DNA of 62,789 nt, filler included, from Octopus bimaculoides (Eukaryota): NCBI RefSeq assembly GCF_001194135.2. It is 6 parts of 6 records of this genome, joined end to end, with 100 filler letters (N's around TTAATTAATTAA, not from the genome) between each part and the next. Parts side by side here need not be neighbours in the genome. Positions count along the whole stretch, not along the records: positions 43,789 to 53,599 come from NC_068983.1; positions 53,700 to 60,349 come from NC_068996.1; positions 60,450 to 62,789 come from NC_069009.1; 3 more parts are not named here. One strand, written 5' to 3'. The stretch's first letter is position 1, and each line of letters starts with the position of its first letter. The position numbers and the translations under genes are program-made. The notes below the pieces were generated by a model, which had not been told where the DNA came from, did no database searches, and saw only the letters and a program-made list of their open reading frames with translations. Shown here piece by piece: positions 51,253 through 62,789 of this stretch.

Positions 51253-51838
51253 TTATAGCCTATTTTTCTAAACAATTAAAATATCAGAATACTATAAAAT
51301 ACATTCAACAAATCAAATTCCTGGAATTAAATAAACTCCTAAATTTTTTTTCTGCGAAATAAATATGCAGTAATTACCGCTTCTTAGTTTCCTTTGAACA
51401 AAATAGCTGGTGTGTTATTGATAATCAATTTTAAAAAAACTGCATGGTCCGCTAGATTGACGCTATAACAATATCAACAAAAAAGTTTTCAATTCACAAT
51501 GGAGTTGATATATCTTTATTTATGTGAAGTTTGTTATTCATATTTCCCTTTTCGATTGTGCACTGTATAAAATAACAAATATTTTCCCTAATGCTCTTCT
51601 TTCACTTCTAATTATCGTCTTTTAATTCAGTTCACATATTTTCCACATTTCTTTACATCTGCCAATGAATGGACTTTTTCAACAGACAGTATATGTTATC
51701 GAATCCTTCAACGTATTTTAATTCATTCCTTGGTCATATACGCTATGGTATATCTACTTTGAAATCGTATATAAAAGCTATTTACCTGACAAAAATATAT
51801 TTTCAAAGAAATATTTTTTAACACAAGTAATTCATATA

Positions 51839-51877
<39 letters not shown>

Positions 51878-52619
51878 NNNNNNNNNNNNNNNNNNNNNNN
51901 NNNNNNNNNNNNNNNNNNNNNNNNNNNNNNNNNNNNNNNNNNNNNNNNNNNNNNNNNNNNNNNNNNNNNNNNNNNNNNNNNNNNNNNNNNNNNNNNNNNN
52001 NNNNNNNNNNNNNNNNNNNNNNNNNNNNNNNNNNNNNNNNNNNNNNNNNNNNNNNNNNNNNNNNNNNNNNNNNNNNNNNNNNNNNNNNNNNNNNNNNNNN
52101 NNNNNNNNNNNNNNNNNNNNNNNNNNNNNNNNNNNNNNNNNNNNNNNNNNNNNNNNNNNNNNNNNNNNNNNNNNNNNNNNNNNNNNNNNNNNNNNNNNNN
52201 NNNNNNNNNNNNNNNNNNNNNNNNNNNNNNNNNNNNNNNNNNNNNNNNNNNNNNNNNNNNNNNNNNNNNNNNNNNNNNNNNNNNNNNNNNNNNNNNNNNN
52301 NNNNNNNNNNNNNNNNNNNNNNNNNNNNNNNNNNNNNNNNNNNNNNNNNNNNNNNNNNNNNNNNNNNNNNNNNNNNNNNNNNNNNNNNNNNNNNNNNNNN
52401 NNNNNNNNNNNNNNNNNNNNNNNNNNNNNNNNNNNNNNNNNNNNNNNNNNNNNNNNNNNNNNNNNNNNNNNNNNNNNNNNNNNNNNNNNNNNNNNNNNNN
52501 NNNNNNNNNNNNNNNNNATATATATATATGTATGTATGTATGTATGTATGCATGTATTTATACGATAGAAACGACTGGCAGAGCTTCATATATTACTTCA
52601 GAAACAAAAATACCCCAAC

Positions 52620-53290
52620 AAGTTAATTCAACATGCGATAACAAAAGCAAAAGTAATCCCGATTTCTACCTTACGAGAAACTCTCAAGCTAAGTGTGAAA
52701 ACAAAAATACGAATACAAATATTCCGTTTCTAGTTACGCATAATCCTAAAAACCACAACACCCTGCGCTCACCCAAACGATAGTTTCCAATTCTACATCA
52801 ATCACCAAATCTCCAATGAATAATTAAAACATCACAAATTATCAGCATTCGAAGAAAACCACCTAGCGAAATTCACATTTGAAGATGATGTAAGTAACCG
52901 ACCGCGTACCCTACGTTGTGAGATAAGTGAATTAATTGAGCAAGGGACAACTAAAAGTTTCAAGAATTGGAACGAATAAAAAGTGAATGCAAACATGAAT
53001 TGCAAAACAAACAACCTCATCTACTGCATCGAATTGTCACATGCAATGAAAACTATGTTGGGGAAACAGGAACGAAAGTGACCAGTCGCGTAAATGTGAT
53101 TAAACAAATAAATTAGGGATTCATCTCTTAGGAATGTTCTATGCAATGAACATCGAGATATCTGTGCACATGGAAAATTTAAAATGTTCCCATTTTACAA
53201 AATAAATTATGAAAATTTTCAAATACGAAAGCTAAAAGAAGAGTACTATATATGAATTCTGAATCCGAAATTCAACCAGAAATAATCAAC
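52620..53290 (+). mobile_element. Penelope-like element 3' fragment (GIY-YIG), decayed
   Basis: IPFLVTHNP..NANMNCKTNNLIYCI..CNENYVGETGTKVTSRVNV. Confidence 0.75.
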
Positions 53291-53599
53291 ACTATATAAA
53301 AAACAAGGGCAAAAGTGTATACATGACTAACTATGAAAGACAAATGAAAAATAATTTCTGAAAACACCATGTCCGAAAATTAACCAGAAATAATTAATCT
53401 ACTACTACTACAAAAAATAACAACCTCAAAGCACGTGCATTTGAAAAGGTTAGCCGAAAGCAGTCAATGCTAGGAAAAAAGAATTCTTCCCAAAATGAAG
53501 AGTAACGTCCTCATAAAAGATTTTTATAACATTTTTTTAAAAACGATTTTGTTTTTAAAACTCTATTAAGTAATTTTTACAAAAAGTTTTCATATATAT

Positions 53600-53699
53600 N
53601 NNNNNNNNNNNNNNNNNNNNNNNNNNNNNNNNNNNNNNNNNNNTTAATTAATTAANNNNNNNNNNNNNNNNNNNNNNNNNNNNNNNNNNNNNNNNNNNN
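53600..53699. other. Assembly join spacer N44-TTAATTAATTAA-N44
   Basis: Same 100-bp spacer. Confidence 0.95.
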
Positions 53700-53732
53700 A
53701 CACATACATACATACATACATACATACATACA

Positions 53733-53763
<31 letters not shown>

Positions 53764-53804
53764 GTACATACATACATACATATGTACGTACATACATACA
53801 TATC

Positions 53805-54008
53805 TTTTATCATTTATCGTTTACTTGTTATTAGACTGCAGCCATGCTGGGGCACCGCCTCCAGTTTTTAGTCGAGTGAATCGACCCCAGTACTTATTTT
53901 TTAAGCTTGATACTTATTTTATCGGTCTCTTTTGACGAAACGCTAATTTACGGGGACGCAGATACTCCAACACTGGTTGTCAAGCGGGGTGTGGGGGACA
54001 AACAGACA

Positions 54009-54050
<42 letters not shown>

Positions 54051-54210
54051 NNNNNNNNNNAGACTTCTTTCAGTTTCCGTCCACCAAATCTACTCACAAG
54101 GCTTTGGTTGGCCCGAGGCTATAGAAGACACTTGCCCAAGGTGCCACATAGGACTGAACCAGGAACCATGTGATTGGGAAGCAAATTTCTTACCACACAG
54201 CCACGCCTGC
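53805..54210 (-). mobile_element. SINE family A, near full length, with an internal (CA)n
   Basis: Tail 53815-54010, microsatellite, head 54062-54208 ending CTTACCACACAGCCACGCCTGC. Confidence 0.9.
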
Positions 54211-54454
54211 ACACACACACACACGTATACCAGTTTGATCCTGACTGAACTTCCTACACTTTGAATTTGCATATCTGAACCACTTCCCGAACTATCAGCA
54301 CTTCTCATCTACATACCAGCACTCTACCCGGATTACCACTGGATCTACTGACTTTACCTTCACGGATTTCAGTAGGATTTTTTTCGTTGATGTAAATCGC
54401 TCCAATCTACCACGACTTTTGAACTTCTTGGACTTCTTGAGCTTTCTGAACTTT

Positions 54455-54595
54455 TATTGTATTCCTTTCTGTTGAAGATCGTAGACTCGAAACGTAAAAG
54501 ACTTTCATTTTCCGGATTGTCAACCTAATACACTTACTTGTTGTTCACACACCTGTCTTCGTCTTTTGTTTTTCTATAAATTTCAACTATATATA
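54455..54595 (+). mobile_element. Short Penelope-type repeat (family P2)
   Basis: CCTTTCTGTTGAAGATCGTAGACTCGAAACGTAAAAGAC..CCTGTCTTCGTCTTTTG; homologous to 38620-38800. Confidence 0.7.
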
Positions 54596-56419
54596 TTCTA
54601 GCTTAGTAGCCCTTCGTTGCCGGACGATTTTCACAATAGGGGGCTTTTATTTCAATTTTTTTTTATTCCATGTCAGACCATATTTTCCCCGATCTCTGAC
54701 AGATAATCCTCTTAATCAGAACGGATTTCTGCATTAGTTGGGGCAATTTATAATATCACAATAAACGAAGTTTTTTTTTTTTTGCTTTTCCGCTTGTTGC
54801 ATAGATGTAGATATTTTCTTATTTCCTACTCTTGAACATTCTACGTAAAGCTAACCATAGGGCTCTTCAGGGTGAAAATCGGCAACCGAAAATGTCTGCC
54901 CTTGCAATTAGTTATTAGTCATGGCAAAACTAAGACTAACTAGAAATTTAAGTCATTCGAACTGAAGTCTCTTGAGTCCGTGCGCTTGTCATCTAATCGA
55001 TACATCCTATGCTCAGAGAGAGACAGATGGAGAGGGAGGGGATCTTTTTTGTTGATGTCAGATTTTGAAGCTTTAAAATTCAGTGAGAATTTTCAGATTC
55101 GGTATATTGATGTAATTTTCACGCTAAATTCGATTTTGTGATTCATTTATTCTAGAAAAATTTTAGAAAAATGTCACTGATGTTTGATCATCTTTTTTTT
55201 ACCCAATCACAAAGCAGGATTTGGGAGCTAGTATTTTCTTCGTGATAGCTGTCTATCACAAAATGAAAGTAAATTTTAGACGAAAAGAAAGCATATACCA
55301 TATCAAGAGAAAGAGAGAGAGAAGGGCAGCAGCATGCATGAAAAATATACATATACAGAGAAAGAGTGAGAGGAGTATGTGGTAAATATATATATAGGGG
55401 GAGTAAACGTAAAAGACAGAGAAAGACAAATAGATAGATATGACAGATAGAAAAAAGATATAGCGATCTAAAAGTTGAGTTATTTCTCGTGTCAAGTAAT
55501 GTTTTTTATTAAGATTTACTGAAAACCTCTGTTTCGAAAATCCATTTCTTAGCCTTACACTTTTGTAAAGTTGTTTGTCGTGGCCGGTCAGAGAGTGAAC
55601 ATCAGCTTCGCATTTATAAAGCTCTTAGCTGTATAGGCGACTCGTTAGCTGGAGGTACATACCTCTCTACAACTGGAGGGAGGAATACATCATAGTCAGT
55701 TAAGTTTCTAAACAAACAATTCCAGAACGAAATTCTACTGGCTACAAATGTAGGCGAACTGGAGTTATCCCCCTTAGATTGGCTCTAGTTACGTCTAAAA
55801 CGAGTCGATTACTTTTCCTAGTTGGCAAACGAGGAATTCTGTCTCCAACATGAATTTCTTCTGAAGAGGATACTGACTAAACATCTCTTTTTTTGGAGTA
55901 TATGAAGGTCTCTGAATCTAGCGAGTTTTTCAGGAGTCTTACTCTCTCAGCCAAGCAAAGTTTACGTCATTTGTTCCCGTTGAGGTACGGTCCCGGTTGT
56001 TCTAGGAGCCTCCATTTATTTATGCATGGTGTACCCACTTCTTTTAAACGCTATATGTAGCTGGCCTCTTTTGGTATCCTAAAATATGACCTGGTCTCTG
56101 AATCTAGCGAGTTTTTCAGGAGTCTTACTCTCTCAGCCAAGCAAAGCTTACGTCATTTGTTCCCGTTGAGGTACGGTCCCGGTTGTTCTAGGAGCCTCCA
56201 TTTATTTATGCATGGTGTACCCACTTCTTTTAAACGCTATACGTAGCTGGCCTCTTTGGTATCCTAAAATATGACCTGCGCCCTTGTCCAGGTAATGTTA
56301 CGGCTGTTAAAGTCGTCTTTGCTGCTGTTGCTGTTGTTACTGCCGGATTCGTTGCTGCTGGTGGTGCTACTGGTATTGCTGCCATTGTTACTGTTATTGT
56401 TGGACGCGAATCTGCTGCC

Positions 56420-56490
<71 letters not shown>

Positions 56491-56501
56491 NNNNNNNNNN
56501 N

Positions 56502-56549
<48 letters not shown>

Positions 56550-56719
56550 GCGTGTCTGTCTGTCTGTCTGTGTGTGTGTGTATGTATGTGTGTGTGTGTG
56601 TGTGCGCGTGCGATTGTGTGCTTGTGTGTGTATGTTACTATGATCGTGTTTGTCATAAAACGATCAGAAATGCTTATCAACCAGTCTTGGTTTATTTGCA
56701 TCCCCATACACACACACAT

Positions 56720-56930
56720 ATTCTTTTATTCGTTTACTTGTTTCAGTCATTTGTCTGCGGCCATGCTGGAACACCGCCTTTAGTCGAACAAATCGACCCT
56801 AGGACTTGTTCTTTATAAACCTAGTACTTATTTTATCAGTCTCTTCTGCTGAACCGCTGAGTTACAGGGACGTAAACACATCAACATCGGTTGTCAAGCG
56901 ATGGTGGGGGACAAACACAGACACACAAAT
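56720..56930 (-). mobile_element. SINE family A 3' half
   Basis: TTACTTGTTTCAGTCATT..GCGGCCATGCTGG..GTTGTCAAGCG..GGGGGACAAACACAGACAC. Confidence 0.85.
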
Positions 56931-56953
56931 ACATACATACATACATGCATACA

Positions 56954-56987
<34 letters not shown>

Positions 56988-58734
56988 GCAATAAGAAAAT
57001 GGAGGGGATTAATAGGTGGTATTCATCAACTTGCAGACATCATTGTATTGTGTCAATTTACTTGTTTATTTGTTTACTAAAAGGGCAATAATAATATTAT
57101 ACAAACACATGTGACATATTGTCATATCAGTAATTATAAAAATGACATATAGTGACAGAAAATGGGATAATCTTACAGCTGTTTCAATCTAGGGGTNNNN
57201 NNNNNNNNNNNNNNNNNNNNNNNNNNNNNNNNNNNNNNNNNNNNNNNNNNNNNNNNNNNNNNNNNNNNNNNNNNNNNNNNNNNNNNNNNNNNNNNNNNNN
57301 NNNNNNNNNNNNNNNNNNNNNNNNNNNNNNNNNNNNNNNNNNNNNNNNNNNNNNNNNNNNNNNNNNNNNNNNNNNNNNNNNNNNNNNNNNNNNNNNNNNN
57401 NNNNNNNNNNNNNNNNNNNNNNNNNNNNNNNNNNNNNNNNNNNNNNNNNNNNNNNNNNNNNNNNNNNNNNNNNNNNNNNNNNNNNNNNNNNNNNNNNNNN
57501 NNNNNNNNNNNNNNNNNNNNNNNNNNNNNNNNNNNNNNNNNNNNNNNNNNNNNNNNNNNNNNNNNNNNNNNNNNNNNNNNNNNNNNNNNNNNNNNNNNNN
57601 NNNNNNNNNNNNNNNNNNNNNNNNNNNNNNNNNNNNNNNNNNNNNNNNNNNNNNNNNNNNNNNNNNNNNNNNNNNNNNNNNNNNNNNNNNNNNNNNNNNN
57701 NNNNNNNNNNNNNNNNNNNNNNNNNNNNNNNNNNNNNNNNNNNNNNNNNNNNNNNNNNNNNNNNNNNNNNNNNNNNNNNNNNNNNNNNNNNNNNNNNNNN
57801 NNNNNNNNNNNNNNNNNNNNNNNNNNNNNNNNNNNNNNNNNNNNNNNNNNNNNNNNNNNNNNNNNNNNNNNNNNNNNNNNNNNNNNNNNNNNNNNNNNNN
57901 NNNNNNNNNNNNNNNNNNNNNNNNNNNNNNNNNNNNNNNNNNNNNNNNNNNNNNNNNNNNNNNNNNNNNNNNNNNNNNNNNNNNNNNNNNNNNNNNNNNN
58001 NNNNNNNNNNNNNNNNNNNNNNNNNNNNNNNNNNNNNNNNNNNNNNNNNNNNNNNNNNNNNNNNNNNNNNNNNNNNNNNNNNNNNNNNNNNNNNNNNNNN
58101 NNNGGTGGCGTCGGTAATGGTATCGCCTCTGCCAGTTATGGAGAAAGCGCTGTTGTCGTTATTGCAGTCCTCGTCATCGGTGGGAGAGTTGGCATTTTGC
58201 TAGAGGTGTCATTAGCTGTGTGGTTCCGCTGGTGTTTCTGATAGGGCCGCTGCCACTGCTGCTGCTGCTGTTGCCGTTGCTGCCATTATTATGGCACTGG
58301 ACCTGCTGCTGCTGCTACAGAGGTTGTCAGGTCTGCTACTAAGGACGTTAGGGAAGCTGTTGGTAATGCTGCTGTTGATGGCGATGTTGCTGTTGTTGTT
58401 ACTGCTGTCGATGTTGTCGGGGGAAATGCCAATGCTATCGCTGGTACTGTTATTGTTATTGTTGCTAATGTTGTTAAACGTGGCGATGGTGGCGGTGTTG
58501 TTGGTTCTGTTCTCGTGTCTTCGGCTACTACTGCTTCTACCGGTGGAATTGCCAGGGTTTGCTGGCTTCGGTTTCATAGATGACCCTTTTGGTTTCGCAG
58601 TGGCTTCCCACTGGGCATCTGTTGCGGTCCCTGCATGAACATCCTGCCCCTTCCTGTGGTTTAGTGACGCTAACTAGGATGCCCTTAATATTGGGGGCAC
58701 AGCTAAATGAGACACGAACGGTGTGCGTGTTGAA

Positions 58735-58975
58735 GGCGGTGAGCTGGCAGAAACGTTGTTTGTCCCCTCTATGTTAAGAAACGTTAGCACGCCGGGTGAA
58801 ATGCTTAGCGGTATTTCGTCTGTCTTTACGTTCTGAGTTCAAATTCTGCCGAAGTCGACTTTGCCTTTCATCCTTTTGAGGTTGATAAATTAAGTACCAG
58901 TTGCGTACTGGAGTCGATCTAATTGACTGGCCTCCTTCCCCAAAAATTCGGGCTTTGTGCCTAGAGTAGAAAAGT
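58735..58975 (+). mobile_element. tRNA-derived SINE family B inserted in the Penelope-like element
   Basis: Flanked by TGTGC(G/C)TGTTGAA at 58722-58734 and 58976-58988 (13-bp TSD, one mismatch). Confidence 0.88.
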
Positions 58976-60349
58976 TGTGCCTGTTGAAAATGGGAGCTAG
59001 TGAAATGCTTATCTATTAATTTAAGGAATATTCTACCCACGGGTGTTTTTGTATTAAGAGAGAATTGAGATGGAACCAAATGGTATTTCTGCGGCTCTTT
59101 CTTTTGCTGTTGTCGAGTTCTGNNNNNNNNNNNNNNNNNNNNNNNNNNNNNNNNNNNNNNNNNNNNNNNNNNNNNNNNNNNNNNNNNNNNNNNNNNNNNN
59201 NNNNNNNNNNNNNNNNNNNNNNNNNNNNNNNNNNNNNNNNNNNNNNNNNNNNNNNNNNNNNNNNNNNNNNNNNNNNNNNNNNNNNNNNNNNNNNNNNNNN
59301 NNNNNNNNNNNNNNNNNNNNNNNNNNNNNNNNNNNNNNNNNNNNNNNNNNNNNNNNNNNNNNNNNNNNNNNNNNNNNNNNNNNNNNNNNNNNNNNNNNNN
59401 NNNNNNNNNNNNNNNNNNNNNNNNNNNNNNNNNNNNNNNNNNNNNNNNNNNNNNNNNNNNNNNNNNNNNNNNNNNNNNNNNNNNNNNNNNNNNNNNNNNN
59501 NNNNNNNNNNNNNNNNNNNNNNNNNNNNNNNNNNNNNNNNNNNNNNNNNNNNNNNNNNNNNNNNNNNNNNNNNNNNNNNNNNNNNNNNNNNNNNNNNNNN
59601 NNNNNNNNNNNNNNNNNNNNNNNNNNNNNNNNNNNNNNNNNNNNNNNNNNNNNNNNNNNNNNNNNNNNNNNNNNNNNNNGGTCTCTATGGTGATTTTTAA
59701 TCCCATGGAGGCAAGCGTGCTGATTAGGTCTTTTCTAAGCTTGTCTAGTGTACACCTGTTTTCCCCCTAGAGATGGCCAGGGCGTTATCTCTGTAGAGGC
59801 TAAAGAAAACAGAGGGGAACTTTTCTTAAGGATATCGAAGATATACAACCCGATGAGGTCGCATACGTCAGCGCTGTCGAAGGATCCCAACGCTACGTCA
59901 AAGGAGCCTGTGGGGTCGGATTGCTTGACCCATGCCGAACCTTTGTTGAACAGCACTGTCTTTCTGGCATACATAATGACTTCTATATCTCTGTCGCTAA
60001 TGTTAGTGAAGCCCCTAGCGAAAGCAAGCACCTTAATCACTCCTTTTGATACCGACGGGTAAAAGTCGACTATATCAATTTGAGTGAGCCTTGCTCTGCC
60101 ACTTCCCTTGTTGGTGCTGAATCATGGGATCACTTCGTTGGTGTTACGCCACAAGGAAGGCTGGAGGCCCTCCTTATGTCGTTATTGGTTACCTTTGAGT
60201 AGTGAGGCATTTCCTCCATATTTTAAGAGGTCTTGGGTCAACAGGTTTTGGGGATCTGACGATACACCATAAAGCTAAACCCTTTATGGACGGGAAACCT
60301 AAGGTAATCCCATAAACCGACCTTTCTCATTATATATATATATATATAT

Positions 60350-60449
60350 NNNNNNNNNNNNNNNNNNNNNNNNNNNNNNNNNNNNNNNNNNNNTTAATTA
60401 ATTAANNNNNNNNNNNNNNNNNNNNNNNNNNNNNNNNNNNNNNNNNNNN
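60350..60449. other. Assembly join spacer N44-TTAATTAATTAA-N44
   Basis: Same 100-bp spacer. Confidence 0.95.
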
Positions 60450-60590
60450 ATATATATACACATATATACTAGCCTGATAGACCCTGCTATGTCAAGATGG
60501 ACTTATATATTCTTCCTCTGCTCTCTCCCACTTGGTTTTAATATGTTGCCACATTTGTAATATGTCTTTTTTCTACATTTTTTCGTGCAG

Positions 60591-60620
60591 CTGAAGATTG
60601 CTCTTCATATTGCATTTAAG
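60591..60620 (+). CDS. Candidate 30-nt internal exon (LKIALHIAFK) of an unidentified gene
   Basis: Long pyrimidine tract plus TGCAG acceptor and AAG/GTAATG donor; only the phase-0 frame is open. Confidence 0.25.
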
Positions 60621-60898
60621 GTAATGCTCACATTACTTAAATAAATTGAAGTAGCATGAAACGTGCGTACTGCAATCACTTTTGAAATCCGTGTTGCTTA
60701 TTATTTGATTTTAATCACCCATCCTTTTGGGATGTGAAATTCGGGTGCCTTCGCATAAGTACCATATTCAAGCCTTGAATCTATATCTAAACCATATATA
60801 TATATGTAGATTTCATAATGTATTTGCATTTATATATATAACATATGGTATAGTTATATGCTACATATATCATATTCATATACCTACATGTTTATGTA

Positions 60899-60937
<39 letters not shown>

Positions 60938-61710
60938 ACATATATATATAATATATTTATGGCATTCAACTCATTTAGTAGTAGTTACATGTATTATTTC
61001 AAATGGTTTGATGCAGTTCCGTGCTACATCAAGTCTTGCAGCCTCCTTATGGGAGCCTGACACCTTTAGGTTTCTTGTAGTAACATGGAACTGAATTAAA
61101 CTGTTATAAATAACGTATCTTTTATTTTTTGATTAGTATGCACCTTCCTCTGATGAAGTCCAGTAGACTGAAATCTGTGATGTGGTAGTTTTGGCACCCA
61201 TAACATGTGATTTTCTTCTGTTACAATTCATATCTGTACTTTTATGCATCAAGCGCCTGTATGAGAAAATCTCTCAAGGCTAATAACTCAATGTTCAGCA
61301 TTCTAAGAAGACATACACGCTCTAGCATGACCGCAGCCGCATGGCTGAAACGATTTAAAGAATAAAAGAAAGATGAATATAAGGATTAGCTTTTGGTATT
61401 AATACTAATTCCGTCGCTACTAATTAATTTTTTTATGAACCTTTTGGCAATTTGTAGCACCAGTGTCTGAAAAGATGTGGAAATTTTATTTATTGTGGTT
61501 TCATATTAGCCTGGTGTGCGGTGATTGGTCGTCTCCCACTGATGAGGTTCAAGTTTTGTGAAATACAGCTACCCAGGGTTTCGCGGCTGAAAGATTAATT
61601 TAAGTTTTTTTTGACATTTGTTTGTGGCAATGCTGGTTATTTACCCTATGTTCAAAAATAATCTCTTTTAAAAGCAACTGAGAACCAGTCGTGTTCTCAG
61701 ATTGTAGTGT

Positions 61711-62170
61711 TACATTTTTGAAAGGTTTTCTACTGATTGCCTTTATAAATTTGAGCCAACACTGAAAGTTACGTTGTTTCGAATGCGAATACGTCCATAT
61801 AAACAATGCAATCGAAGACAGAAAAATAAGTAATGGGTGTATATACATATTTCAGGAGTCATTGTTCCTTCATCAGTGCTACATCCAGCCCAGTCACCAC
61901 CCACAAACAGGGACATTGTATTTCAATATACAACCATAATATACTACAAAGTATACTAAAGGTATATAAGTCAATATTGTGTCCTGCCTGTGTTAGCAGT
62001 GTGACTCAATAACTTTTTCAGAATTTTTTTCTGCAGATTTTCTATAGAAATTAGAGCCAGCACTGAAAGTTATGACATACACATATGAATATGTCTATGT
62101 AAACAATGCAGTCAAAGATAAGCATGAAGTTAGTGGGTGTATAAGCATATTTCAGGACTTTGTTCACATT
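61711..62170. repeat. Diverged direct duplication, ~155 bp unit at 300-bp spacing
   Basis: GAGCCA.CACTGAAAGTTA, AAACAATGCA (61801/62101) and CATATTTCAGGA (61846/62146) recur at a 300-301 bp offset. Confidence 0.8.
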
Positions 62171-62584
62171 GTTTGCATAGATATATTCATATATTGTGAT
62201 TGCATAACGAAATAAGGGTCCCTTCTTCTTGAAATATTGTTGCAGAACCTCTATTTGAGTTGAAGCAATTGGGTTGATGTTGGTGAATAATGTTTAGCCG
62301 GTCAATTTAGTCTAGTGCCAGGATTGAGTACACCGTACATACTGGCATTAATGTTGGTAGAACAAAAATCTGCTCGTTTGTGTTTATCTATTTATCTATC
62401 TATCTGTCTGTCTGTCTGTCTGTCATTGGGTGTACGTATGTATTTACGTATGTATCTCTCTTTCTCTTTCTCCCAATACATACATATATATATATGTATG
62501 TATATATTTGTAGTCATATATATAACGATCTATCTTACTCTTTCCTTAACTCTCTCTCTTTATGTTGATATATAAATATGTATG

Positions 62585-62585
62585 C

Positions 62586-62640
<55 letters not shown>

Positions 62641-62745
62641 TAGAGAGAAAGAGAGTGAGAGAGATAGAGAGAAAGAGAGAAAGAGAAACACTCACATAAA
62701 ATACATAGAAACATATCCCCACATAAGAATCCATACATACATGTA

Positions 62746-62789
<44 letters not shown>
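62585..62789. repeat. (GA)n and (TA)n microsatellites
   Basis: Simple repeats to the window end. Confidence 0.95.

Larger units (their letters stand above)
55830..60290 (-). mobile_element. Penelope-like element (Neptune-type), fragmented; RT, Cys-rich linker and GIY-YIG remnants
   Basis: WRNTNEVI..QIDIVDFYPS..IMYARKTVLF..FDVALGSFDSADVCDLIGLY (59735-60200); FSLNTKTPVGRIFLKLIDKHF (~59010-59090); NTHTVRVSFSCAPNIKGI..CSCRDRNRCPVGSHC..VIYEA (58570-58730); ASYV*RLKEVG..KWRLLEQ..PY.NG..KLCLAERVRLL (55907-56278). Confidence 0.8.

Noticed and set aside
58212-58638. 121-aa and 115-aa overlapping ORFs as host genes
   Set aside because: Low-complexity triplet tract within the Penelope-like element, with frameshifts downstream.

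Overview
AT-rich eukaryotic repeat-dense DNA (intronic or intergenic), about 10 kb of it N gaps. The SINE repertoire and extreme microsatellite density point to a coleoid cephalopod, most likely Octopus (inference from recalled repeat families, not a database match). Five identical 100-bp spacers (N44-TTAATTAATTAA-N44) show the window is six separately assembled pieces joined together. No host protein-coding gene can be confidently identified; nearly all listed ORFs are translations of microsatellites or N runs. Supportable content: at least four tRNA-derived SINE families, decayed Penelope-like elements (including a Neptune-type element over about 55.8-60.3 kb), R4/Dong-like, CR1-like and RTE-like LINE fragments, mariner/maT/pogo remnants, and several MITE or foldback elements. 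The most notable signal is a polar, (TA)n-associated foldback element family (four copies or partial copies) with a minimal type I hammerhead ribozyme between its long inverted arms. The core is fully canonical at 48165-48209. Several other hammerhead-like motifs, some with variant cores, occur in Penelope-type repeats.
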